Positions 52,001 to 63,765 of a DNA stretch of 64,000 nt are shown piece after piece; positions within the stretch are counted from its first letter, which is position 1; each line of letters opens with the position of its first letter. Below the pieces are notes generated by a model. The model made no database searches. It was not told where the DNA came from and worked only from the letters and a program-made list of their open reading frames with translations. This DNA comes from Paragordius varius (lineage: Eukaryota > Animalia > Nematomorpha), in assembly GCA_964247055.1 (NCBI GenBank), contig OZ176056.1, forward strand, positions 7,440,001 to 7,504,000, given 5' to 3'. Both the position numbers and the translations under genes were made by a program.

Positions 52001-55000
52001 CTTGAACTGTTCAAGGACACCCTTGAAGTGCAAATAGTATATATGAAAATTTGATATTTTTCCATTCATATAACTTTTTAAAGGTGATCAGGCTAAATCC
52101 TCGACAACTTTGTATGATCGATTTATTAAACATCCAAACAATGTTTTACATATTTTGGATCCGCCTATAAACACCCTAAAACCCAGTAAATTATTCTTAA
52201 AAAAAATTTAGTAATTTTTTTAAAGGTATATAATCATATAAACTTAAGCTTGTAAGATTATAAAATTAACCTCTGAAAAGTTGATTAATGTTAAAAAGAT
52301 GATATTTCTTGTAGATTTCGCTTAAGTTATACACTATTATTAGCCTTTAAAGGAATTTAAGACAACGTTTAAATATAGTTGATAAAATCTAATTAAGTAT
52401 TCTTGTGTAAATTAGCATAATATAACTTGACTAATAATTTAGTTTTTACATGAATAAAGTTTGAAGGAAACATAGGAAATAATAATAAGTATTAAATATA
52501 TCAATCTACAAAGATGACACAAATGTATTATTTGAAAAAAAAATTTTCTACTTGCCATTCTTAAAATTTAACACAAAAAATTCCATACATTATATTGTAT
52601 TATATAAATGAACGTTAGAAATTGAAAGTATTGTTTTATTTTACCAAAAATAATGTGTGGAAAAAAGTGGGACAATCTATTCACACATATAATTTTATTT
52701 GATTTAAAAGCCGACCCGCTGACCGCTAAAGAGTCACGTGTCCCGAGTCACGTGACCGCTACAATCGATCCTTTTGAAGATGCCGCCTACCTCGATGACG
52801 AAGAGGGCGACCCCGACTTTGCTCCAGAACCGGAGGAATTGCTTAAACAGGAACTCGAAGATTTTGCTCAGGAAAAAGGTTTGATTTAGTTTGCTATGCT
52901 TTTTTATCATCACAGAACAACTATAAGTTTTTGGATTTTGGGGTGTTTAAAGTAGTTCTCTAAAAATTATAATGTAAAATTATTGAGTTTTAAATTGATT
53001 TTTGAAAGGTTTTTACGAAAAAAAAGGTTTTTTTATTTAGATAACGAGATAAATATTTGGATTTTTTAATCGATGAGATTGCGGTTTAAATTGATTTTCC
53101 ACAGATTTTAATATAAAATACATATTGAGTTTTGAATAAAAATGTCAAACTATAACCAACTACTATACGTTTTTTTTATCAAATTTTATGTTTTATATTT
53201 GCAGAATTAGAAGAGGAACTAGTTGATCAATTTGGAGTTGAACGCTTATCAGAGGGCAGCACAGAAATTCCTGCAGACCTGTCAAGTCCTGAGGGGGCCG
53301 AAAGAGATTTTTCAGATTCTCCACAAGAAGATGATGATAATATTCATGAAAGTTTTCAAAAAAATTTTAGAACAAAAAAACGGGGTAGACCACCCCTCCA
53401 TGGTTCAAAAAGGTCAAAAACTACACCACATTTACCTTTCCAATCAACAACAATAACGCCTACATTAAATGGTATGATTTTTTGTTTCTTATTTAAGGGG
53501 ACTAAAAAAGTCATTTTTTTGTATGATATTGTATCTAATTTAGCTTTATTCAAGGTTAAAATAATATATCATTTGCACTTTAAGAGTGTCCTTGAACAAT
53601 TCGAGTTGGTCCTTGAACATTTCAAGTTAGTTCATAACAGTTCAAGTTGGTCCTTTAACTTTTTTGTTTTGTTTTAACTTTTATCAATCAGATCGTAAAT
53701 AATTTATCTATTTTATTGTTTTTAACCTATTTTCTATTAATTTAACATAAACTTTAAAAAACCGTATATCTTTATTAAATTCTTATAATAATTTTGGATA
53801 TTAAAAGATAACACGACATGAAAAAATATATAAGTTTTCTGGGTTATTAATTAAAATTTTTCATTAAAAACATTCAAAGTCAATAATTTTGTTCAATTGA
53901 AAAAAAAATAGTTTGAAACAAAAAAGTGGTTTTTCAATAAAAAAATTTATTTTAAAATGAATAAATATATAATAAATAAAGAAAATTAGGTTAATAAATA
54001 ATAAAATAAAAAAATAAATGCAAAAATTATGATTAAACCAAAATTTGGACCAACTTGAAGTGTTCAAGGACACTCTTGAAGTGCAAATGGTATATCTATT
54101 TTTCTGGAGCTTATTATGTTCGATTTGCATGGTTAAAAAAAGTTTTACACTTTTAATTCGCGAAACCTGTATATTTAACCTAAATTATATTGGTATCGTC
54201 ATGTTTAGAGTGATATATGATTATAATTTTTTACAAAAAAATGACAATTATCTTTGCTTGTATTTAAAAAAATTAAACTTTTGATTTTTTTCCCAATTTT
54301 TTATCATAGCAATCGATGCCAATAATGCCACCTCGAATAGCTTTAATATATCCAATAATAACTTGTTGACACCATCCTTGTTGTCTTTATACAATACTTT
54401 TAATGGAAATCATGATCAAGAAACTTACAGTAAATATTATTTGATATTATAAAGACAAATATTTTTTTCTATAAAACAACTAAATTTCTATTAAATATTA
54501 AAATAATTTTTATATAAAAATATCATTTTTAAAAAATTGCAAAGTATATGAAATAGAAATGTAGTATAATGGTAAAATCAATTATTATTATATATTTTTT
54601 TCACAATTGTAATTAAATAAATTAATTTACATATGGGAAAAATTAAGGTTTAACAAGTAAGTCAAAAAAATATTTGCCTTAATATTTTTACGTTTTGTCC
54701 TTCCGTTATAATTTCAATTTTTACTGTATATATATATATACAATATATATATAGTTTCATCATCATACTGTGCAAATACAGCCCTTAACCCACCAACTCA
54801 ATCTATCCATAATTTTAATGATAACTTTAATGAAAGTTATGTTAATCAAAATAATTTTAATGTTCAAAATACGAATATTCAAACTTTCATTATTTTACCT
54901 GATGGAACACTGGCTGAAGAAAGTAGCATACATACGACAGTTGATGAAAACAATAATATTTTAAACGTAACAAATACTGAAAATTTGAACACTTTTATAT

Positions 55001-55722
55001 ATCAATATGATCCTGTAACACAATCATACTATGCCTTAGAGTATGGTGATGTTAATAGCACTAATAATAACTCATTTCAAGATAATATAATAAGCACTCA
55101 AAGTTTAGGATTACCAATAGATCAGGACATTGTAAATTGCCCTTCGACTCAAAATCAAACCTTTGACCATTTGATTACGAGGTATATAATATACATTCAA
55201 AAAAAATGACTATAAAATACATATTGAATAAATTAACAGTAAGATCCAAATTTTTGAGTTTATAATGATTTTTTATAAAACGATACAAACCGATATACAA
55301 AAGGCCAAAATTTTAATGTAATAGGTCAATGTTTCAATTGTAAACTGTGAAAGCCTCGTGATATAAGGATCTTTTAACCAAATTGAAAAGCTTAATAAAA
55401 TATAAGGATATAATTTTATGTAAGTACAGACAGGCTTGCTTATTAGCACACAATATATATATATATATCACTAGTCATTATTCAATCAAATTTTTATCTA
55501 AATTATAAATTATGTATGATTTAATTTTTTGTTATCTCATGAAATTTTTTATCTTCTAGTTCTTTGTTAAATCAAAATTCCACAATTGTGACAGCAAATT
55601 CAATCATCGATACCAACCCATCCAACCAAATTAATATTAACGGAATGGAAACAGATAAAACATTTTCTCAAAATTTGTTAAACACTCAGATTCCTTTTCA
55701 ATATACTCAATCGGGTTCTTGA
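42342..55722 (+). CDS. Putative DNA-binding/chromatin protein, ~1142 aa, with three FLYWCH/WRKY-GCM1-like Zn fingers and two AT-hooks. Exons 42342-42393, 42419-42457, 42591-42704, 42830-42901, 43313-43514, 44567-44670, 45039-45200, 47648-48427, 49139-49210, 49323-49373, 49684-50133, 50236-50286, 51156-51188, 52084-52185, 52711-52878, 53205-53471, 54310-54429, 54755-55181, 55560-55722
   Basis: 19 exons join through GT-AG into one 3429-nt ORF. Fingers: YYRCQDMACPGSC..KPHVSSC, FYKCNNDPC..HEHSDFC, FKCRDRMCPAKIKV..NEHSDNC. AT-hooks: KRKRGRPR and KKRGRPP. The start codon is uncertain. Confidence 0.8.
44172..44447. mobile_element. CAGTAAAA-family MITE
   Basis: TA|CAGTAAAAACTGAATTATACGGACAAAACG...CGTTTTGTCCGTATAATTTCAATTTTTACTG|TA. 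Confidence 0.85.
45308..45637. mobile_element. Foldback MITE family 2
   Basis: TACCATTTACAGTTCAAATTCAC...GTGAATTTGAACTGTAAATGGTA termini; 21-bp subrepeats, more numerous in the right arm. Confidence 0.85.
46842..47492. mobile_element. Foldback MITE family 1 (opposite orientation to 11276)
   Basis: TACCATTTGCACTTCAAG...CTTGAAGTGCAAATGGTA; the internal region is the reverse complement of the 11.3-kb copy. Confidence 0.85.
48560..48855. mobile_element. CAGTAAAA-family MITE
   Basis: CAGTAAAAATT...ATAATTTCAATTTTTACTG|TA; the interior closely resembles 54428-54726. Confidence 0.8.
50783..51076. mobile_element. Foldback MITE family 2
   Basis: TACCATTTACAC...GAATTGTAAATGGTA termini; interior similar to 45308-45637. 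Confidence 0.8.
51292..52039. mobile_element. Foldback MITE family 1
   Basis: 21-bp CCTTGAACAATTCAAGTTGGT arrays in both arms; interior similar to 11276-11925. Confidence 0.85.
53567..54092. mobile_element. Foldback MITE family 1 (shorter copy)
   Basis: Same termini and interior as the other family-1 copies, with fewer subrepeats and small deletions. Confidence 0.85.
54428..54726. mobile_element. CAGTAAAA-family MITE that supplies the splice donor of intron 17 of the Zn-finger gene
   Basis: TA|CAGTAAA...TTTTACTG|TA. The exon 17 donor A|GTAAAT falls at MITE position 3. Confidence 0.75.
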
Positions 55723-56102
55723 CAACCATATCCTTAATAAATTTAAAATATGTAATCCTTTCATTGCACCATATATCTTATAAACAGATTTTAGTTGACA
55801 AAATTGCCAACAATACCAATAAAACAAATAAATTATGTATATTATTGAACAATAAAGCGAATATACAAAAATTGAAATGATACGGCCATGCAAATTTCAA
55901 AAACAACTGAAAGGCAACCAATAAAATAACCGGTCGTTTTAAGTCGCAAAATAAAAAATATAAATTGGAAACACTACAATTTAATTACACTGCTCAACAA
56001 GGTTTTGCACCACCCCATTATTTTTGCATTTCTGATACCTAATGGCATGGAGAGGCCAAAACAAAAAAGAAAATTGAGGCTACAATAGAATTTTTCCGAA
56101 AT

Positions 56103-56700
56103 TTAATTTTTTAAATTTGTATTTAATTTAAAAATAACAATCATTCCTCGTGTATATATGTTTAAATATTCAAACGAACAAGTCGATACAAGTAATATTC
56201 CATGCATGAATAACAAAATTCTAGGCATTAAATAAGATACTAAACAAGCTAAGAGCCAAAGTATTAAAAATCTAAAAGGGGCTTATGTATAGTGTGATAG
56301 ATCCGGGCGGCTGCACAAGCTCTGCATATCCCCCAAGCGATCCAATTATGCCAGATATGGCAAAGATAACAATAAGTAATCGTAACGATAAGAGAGACTT
56401 GCAAGCAAAATCCAGGCAAATTGACATGTCAAATTAACCAATTCGCCGAATAAAGTTAGATAAATTCTACAATTAAATTGAATAAAAAGATTAGGCAAAT
56501 ACAAATGGTCCAATCCCATAATAGTAAATTCTACTAAAAGTGGCTACACAACATCCATCTGAAATTAAAAATACAAAACAACCAATAATTTTAAAAAATA
56601 AAGTATATCCACTAGGTATCAATAAAGGATTTTTTGTAAGAACCAACTCAAGAAAAAAAGCCTAATAAGTACTCGAAAGAACGAAAACTAACAAAAAAAA
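56103..56700 (-). pseudogene. Possible decayed multi-pass membrane protein coding sequence
   Basis: Successive hydrophobic stretches in shifting frames (LFFKIIGCFVFLISDGCCVATFSRIYYYGIGPFVFA; LTLFGELVNLTCQFAWILLA; IFAISGIIGSLGGYAEL; ILWLLACLVSYLMPRILL) with stops between them. Confidence 0.35.
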
Positions 56701-57421
56701 TATAGCCTATCTAAAAGCCGATGGTTTAAACCATAGAATGCCTTTTTAGTATTTTTTTAAAAATTTTTTATACGTATTAAAAATTCACTTGAAAGAAAAA
56801 GACTAAATTTTTACGTTTAAGTCCGTACTATTTTTTTCTCTCTGATATTTAAATGACATATTTATATTCAAAAGATAGAGTTTAAAACGCTTTATTAAAT
56901 GATATTAAGTTTATAATATAATAACATTTTATTATAAAGTTATATTTAATTTTCTCTCGATTTTCTCTTGTTTTTGAAAAATTGAAAAACCTATGATATT
57001 TCAAAATTCTGATTGGCGGGATCAAAAATTTTTTCACAATCGGTTTTAAAACACTGATATTCGTCATAATTTAAAAGTTTGAGTGGTGGTGCTCAAAAAT
57101 GTCCAAATTTGTCGACTAGTGTTATAATATAGTTTATGTAGAAAACTATTTTACATAAAATATTTGTCTTTTTATTTTTACGTTTTGTCAGTAAATTTTA
57201 TATTTTACTATATAATACTAATATTTTACATAGTGAAAAAAGAAAGAGCCGAAAATGGCTGGTTTTTATTTAAGGCAGTGTAATATTGAAAAGGCAAATT
57301 CATTAAAATAATCATAAATTAAGGCAAGGGTGTTCAACACACCTTCGAGATGTGCAGCGTTTGCATTTTAGAGTTTTATGTTTGAAGTTTAATAAATTAT
57401 TTATTGGCGCATTATTTTCCG

Positions 57422-57653
57422 AGGCGTAGCTTGCGTTTCTGGCGCCCTTTACCCCTCACAACCCTTTGCATTTAAAAAAATTAATCAAAGTCAAACCGTA
57501 GACATGACCACTCATAAATGGATGATCACTATATTATTTAAAATGATTTTGAATAGCAATTTTTTTTAAATTCAAAAATTTTTATAATCCGGCGCCCCTT
57601 TAACTATGGCGTCCGGTGTATCAATCCCCATTTCCTCCCTCCTAGCTACGCCT
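57422..57653. mobile_element. MITE with AGGCGTAGCT TIRs
   Basis: AGGCGTAGCT...AGCTACGCCT; inverted homolog of 18596-18860. Confidence 0.7.
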
Positions 57654-57769
57654 ATGTATCGAATACGCCTACGTCAGATTTTTTGAGTCAAAAATGCAGC
57701 AGAAGCCATTTGTGTTGGACACCCAAGGGTTGAAATTATGGTTAAATAATGATATTGGTAATAGTTTAG

Positions 57770-60178
57770 AGTGGTACTCACCAAAAAAGTTTGTCGGGCC
57801 AAATAAAATATATTTTTTTTTCGAGGGCCATAAACATAATGGCAAATATTCCTTAGCTATTTGACACATATGCACATATTTATACCCTAAATCAGCACAA
57901 TGAATTTGCGGATCGCATGCAAATCCAGCTAGAAACTCGTTATGCACCATTTAGTTTAAAAAATTAAAATAGTTTGATGTAAAAACCAAAAATTTTTGAC
58001 GAATTTGGTTTCGCCTCATGACAAGCCACTCTTAAGACGTCATTATACGATTTGGCATACTTCATTTTTGAATATGCCGTCTCACACGTGTAAGTTGAGG
58101 GAAAAACAAACAGTTAGGATAACTTGAGCACTATTTTTTATATTATCATATTTATTTGGCACATTTTTCCAAAACTTTACATATCTTTCTTCTCTACGAT
58201 TCACCTTGAATATAACCTCCGAATTGGGATTATATTTGAAATTTACCAATTTTTCAATGATATGCGCCTGATCAAAACCGAAATGCTCAAGTTGCTTAAT
58301 ATTTGATTCATATGCCATGGATTTCAACGAGTGTTAAGCAATTTTTAATATTTCTTAATTCTTGGAATATGTATTTCATCTCATTAAAAAAAGTCAAATG
58401 ATTGTCTATATTTATATTATTCTCCGCAGTATTTTCCATATTCTCTTCTGGAATCGTTTTAAGTGTTGGAAAATATAGAAATGTTTTATTTATATTATCC
58501 TATTGATATATTTTTTATTTTTTCACAATAGCGATTGGGTTTTATTTTGCTCCCTTGAAGACTTTTATTAAAAATACTAAGTTATAAGTGTCGGAAAGGT
58601 AGGCTAATAAAACTCACCATTTGTCACTATTTATTTTCTCGTTAAACTTAGTGTTATCCTTTATAAAATATAGGATTTGTCTTAAAAAAATCTCTTTAAT
58701 ATTCACAGCTGTATACAAAAGAATGTCCTCAAACTCACTGTGGATATCTTTCAGAAGGTTTTTGAATTTACGGCGGTTGAATTTTCTGCCACGGATGTGG
58801 TTAACTATACTCATAACCGTTTTAAATAGAATTAAGTGATTTATCTTTTACTCGCAAAACCAAGTTTTGCTGATGAATAAGAGTGAAAGGATAAAATATT
58901 TTGTATATATGTTTGTTTTTCAAAAGAAGAATAAATCATTTGTTTATTCCAATCATAGAGGGAGCCGTCTGTGCAGATCGAAACCAATTTTTTCCTAGAT
59001 ATACCATTATTATAGAAAAGAGAATTGATTATATCAAGAAAATCATTTCCTTTCGTGGTATTATTATTCATTGGTAATAATTTTAAATATTTTTTGTTGA
59101 TTATGTTGTCGTTTCAAAATCTCACGAAGAGCGCACATTGAGGTGTTGAACTAATATAAGTGCTAGAATCAATTGCATACTAAAATATTTGCAGTTTTTC
59201 TGGGCCAATAATGTATTGTTAAAAATATATTATGTTCAATGCGTCGAGCACATGTTGAATCAGAAAGTTGGTGGTTTTTAATTGTCTCATGATTTGATCT
59301 TTATTATGGAGTTTATCAAATAAAAAAGTGCAACCATTTATTAGACATTCTTTGATAAGTTAGGAATGAGTAAACGGTTTCATATATTTTCGTAAAATAT
59401 AGCAAATTTCATGAAGCTATTGTTACAGCTTTTTCCTGGGCGAAAGCTATGGATATAATAGCTTTCTGGTATAATTCCACATTCTTTTTATATTATACGT
59501 TTCCCGTCATAATTTTTTGGTAATTTATGAGAATGATGGATTTTAATACGTCTTTCAATGTTGTATTGTTTTATAATTATGTTTTTCCTTACATATAACA
59601 CAGGTAACAACATTTTTATTCAAAACGACAAAAAATTTTTCTTCCCATTGACATGCGTTTTTTAGATTAGATGTTATCCATTAAATTTATGTTTAAATAC
59701 AATGTTTGTTTCAAAAAAAAGGGAAATTAATTTGAATTATGCTATAAAAAACAGGTCAAAATTGGTGTTGATTTAAAAAATATTTATCAGAATGAGTTAT
59801 AAAAAATGATGCAGGATAGCAATGAAGAGAATATGTATATGCAAGTGTGGGTGACAGGCTGGCTTAAATACAAAAAGGATGGCAATAAAAATTTTAAATT
59901 AGAAAAGAAAATAGAATACTGAAACAGAAACAACGTGTAAAATTTCGAAATCATTTTAATGAAGGGAAAGTTTTTTACATTTGAAATTGGGTAAAAAATA
60001 AAATATAAAATTAAATCTAAAGAATAAAATTAATATTAAAATAAGCGAAAAATCGTTTATGTACATTTTTACAATGCATCAATAAAAAAAATATTTAAGT
60101 ATCAATATGGACATAGGGCAATTTTAAAGCACTCTTAGGGCCGCATGCGGCCCGCGGACCGCAGTTTGAGTATCCCTG
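57770..60178 (-). mobile_element. Decayed hAT (Buster/Charlie/SPIN-type) transposon with a transposase pseudogene
   Basis: Minus-strand 5' end CAGGGATACTCAAACTGCGGTCCGCGGGCCGCATGCGGCCC. Fragments TTKGNDFLDIINSLFYNNGISRKKLVSICTDG, IVNHIRGRKFNRRKFKNLLKDIHSEFEDILLYT and FWKNVPNKYDNIKNSAQVIL resemble GTF2IRD2/Buster transposases. The left boundary is only tentative (GTTTAGAG vs GTTTAGAC putative TSD). Confidence 0.8.
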
Positions 60179-60338
60179 GTTTAGACACTAGTCTGTGATA
60201 TGAAATAAAAAAATTAATTTAGATAAAAATTTATTTAAATTCTCTAGCACACATTGATTTAACAAATCGATTGCTTATTTTGAGGCCCCTAGCAAACGAA
60301 TCTTTTTATAAAACTTTGTGATATTAATTAGCATCCTA

Positions 60339-61576
60339 AACACTTCGATTCAAATTGGGAATTTAAATAGCCCAGACTAAATTTAAATTAATATTTTTCG
60401 ATAACTACTGCAGGAAACGGTCCCAATTTGAATTTATGCTTCTATCCTAATAAAAATTATTTAAATGTGCCAAAATATCTTAATTAAATTTTGTTTTGAA
60501 AAAAAGTCCCATGTCAAACTATTTCGACGCCATTTTTTTACAAAATTTTTGCTAAATATCGTCATTTAATTCTAAGGGTAAAATTAAAGCTAATTTTTTA
60601 TTTAAATTACATCTAACATTGATAGAAATAGAAAAAGCGGTTTATGTATTATTTTTTAATTTTACCATTGCACACATGTCACGTTGACAAAATTTCCTTT
60701 CGGTTTTAGCTTAAAATAAGTTATATCAAATATTTTTGAATAAAATTCTTTATATATTTCAGTTTATAAATGTTATATAAGTGCTAATTTTGCCATGGTT
60801 TCGATTCCTATCATACTTTTTAAAGAATTTGTTTTTAACAGGCCTGGGGTATCCAACTACCCCATTTTAAATCGAAGGACTAAAATGAGTGTGTTGTATC
60901 CATGTGTTAATATGAAAAAAAATGTATTTTATTTTTAATAATTTTACGCCATAATGTTTTAGACATTGTATAAACGGGTTTACATATTTCAAAAAAGCTT
61001 TATTTTAAAATTTCAGCTTTAACACTTGGATATCACACATTCATTTTAGTCCTTCGATTCAAATTGGGGTAGTTAGGTACCCTTACCCCAGGCCTGTTCA
61101 AAATTAAATTCTTTAAAAAAATGGAAGGAATTGAAACCATAGCAAAATTTTGCTCTATATATAATAAACCGAAATATATAAAAAAATTTATTCAAAAATT
61201 AAATTACTTATTTTAAGCTAAAACCGAAAGGTAAAATTTTGTCATCGTTGTGTGAAATGGTATGATACAAAATAAACCGTAATTCTATCAATGTAAGATG
61301 TAATTTAAATAAAAATTAGCTTTAATTTTACCCTTAAAATTAAATTAAGACGATATTTTTCTAAAATTTTGCAAAATAAAAATGGCGTCGAAATAGTTTG
61401 ACATGGAAGTTTTTTTTCAAAACTAAATTTTATTTAAATTTTTGGCATAATCATATAATTTTATTAGGATAGATGCATAAATTTAAATTGGGACCGTTTT
61501 CTCCAGTAGTTTTTTAAAAATCCTAACTTAAATTTACTCTGGGGTATTTAGATACCCCATTTTAATTCGAAGTGTT
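60339..61576. repeat. Two ~550-bp copies of the TTCGATTCAAATTGGGG family in inverted orientation, ~140 bp apart
   Basis: 60339-60897 is approximately the reverse complement of 61035-61576; outer ends AACACTTCGA...TCGAAGTGTT. Confidence 0.75.
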
Positions 61577-63173
61577 AATTACGATATTAACGAGAAATAT
61601 TTAAATTATGTGTATGTGCGAAAAATAAAAATGTAACCTCCATAGTCTAAACATTAACAGAAAATGCATATTACATTATACGATTCTTTCATTCGTCAGA
61701 AATACTTATTTACTAATTTAGGAAAATCCAATAACTATTTAGATGAGAATAGGATTTTTTATTTAATCAAAAAACCAAAAACAATGAGTGTTTTACATTT
61801 GGGTTCATTAAATAGTTATTTATATTAACAGTTCGATTAAAAATGGGGTATTTAAATACCCCAGACTAAATTTAAGTTAGCATAATTTAAAATAGTAAAC
61901 AAAATGCTCTTTTGCAAGTTGTTTCATATCAAGTCCTCTTTTGCGTATCGTGTAAGATAAAAAACTTTAAGTTTTCACTGCTTTCTAACTAAGAGAGTTC
62001 CAAATTCGGATAGGTAACAGATCAAAATAACAGCTGATATTTAGATCTAAAATCTAATTTTTTCATAAATTCTAATTTATAAGTTATGCAAATTTAATAT
62101 TTGTATTTTGAATCATAATATACATTAATTTTCATTTATATCATGTTATTTTGTGGTAAAAATATATATACTAAAATTTATCATATTTTAATTAATTTAT
62201 ATATAAAGCAAATTTTTAATTTACAGCTTTGTAATTTAATATTGGATACAACTATTTCAAAAATTCATAATCAAAATTTCTTATGCATTTAAAACAATTT
62301 CCGAGAATATATTTTTGCCATCTATCGCGTTATAAAAAATGATTGGCCATTAAATTTTAAGATAAGTATTTTTACAATTTTTTATATTTCAAAAATGAAT
62401 ATCACAGAAAAAATATCATATTATAAAGACAAAAATTTAAGGTCAAAATATTTTTTTTAAAGACGTCCATACTTTTTTTAATCATAACTTTTATATGATA
62501 ACTAACCAATTGTTTTAGGTTTAAAAATAGGAATAAAGATATATTTTGTTAAAATTTAAACAAAAGTCACATAGTTATTTTTATAAATAATTGATTATAG
62601 AAAATATATATGCTATTTTTTCCTAAAAAATCCTTTAGTTTTTACGTTTTGTTTTTATGATAATGAAATGGTTAAATTTTATTTTTGATATTTTTTAGGT
62701 TCTTATCGATTTGGATAAATGATACATTGTACAAAACAGAAAGAATTTTAGTCAAGGATTAAGAAGGGGATTTATACAATGGCCAAATATTGGGAAAATT
62801 ATATGGTATGATGTTGAGAAAAATTATAGAATGCGCATTTTTTAATAATTAAATAGTATAACTTTTTGGAGTTTAATATAATGATTACTTTGGCAAACTT
62901 CTTGTGGTAATAAAATGGGGTTTTATCATTATGAAATTATAGATTAAATTTTATATACAAGGTAAATTTTTGATTTAAAAAAAATTTAAATTTACATGCA
63001 AAAATTTTTTGGCTACTTACTTCCCTTTTAATTAACTTATCTATTATTTGTTAAAAAATATTTTAAAGCAATTTTTTACAATATACTTTTCACAAAATAA
63101 GATTTTTGCTATTTTTTGTTACTTTGTTTTAAATCGAAACTATACACAATCATTTCATTTTTTTATACAACCA

Positions 63174-63765
63174 CTAGCGTAAATCTCGTGCTGCTACGCA
63201 GCCCGAGGAAGTCCTTCCTTCCGGGGGGGGGGGGGGGGGGGGGGGGGGGCTATTTGAAAAAAGGGACAATAAAATGATCCACATATGTGGATTATTTCGA
63301 AACATTCTTTATTAGCTATGATCTCATAGGAATTTTAAAATGGTGCATTCAAACTAATATATTGTTTACTTGGGGGAAAATAGCAAATTTTTTTGTGGAC
63401 TTTGTTTTTTGAAAAAAATGGCATTTTACGGGGGGGTAAAAGAGGGCCTAAATTAAATAAGCGAGCCGACTATGTTCGGCGCAATCGAAAATAAGTAAAC
63501 AAAAATCATATTTGTTAATGAATGGTCCAACACGTTCTCCGGAAAATTGTCTCAAAGACACGATTTTTGTGGACTTTTGTTTTCAAAAAAAACCCTTTTA
63601 CACGGGGTGGGCCCGAACTGGGGGCCTAATTCAAAAAAGGGCGAAGCTATTGTTAAGGCATTTATTAATGATTATATTTTTTCGACATTTGGATTTGAAT
63701 GGGTCTACCGGTTTTCCGGAAACAGATCACAAAGCCAGCATTTTCCATTTTTATAAATATATAGA
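63174..63765 (-). mobile_element. Non-autonomous Helitron, 592 bp
   Basis: Minus strand A|TCTATATAT...hairpin CTCGGGCTGCGTAGCAGCACGAG...CTAG|T; contains a 27-G run. Confidence 0.88.

Noticed and set aside
11295-52065. ORFs with SLNNSSW or LEHFKLV repeats (11295, 11751, 47225, 47319, 51298, 51859)
   Set aside because: Shadows of the family-1 MITE 21-mers.
62699-62850. Exon-like segment with an acceptor and donor
   Set aside because: Every frame from the first acceptor hits a stop and no partner exons were found.
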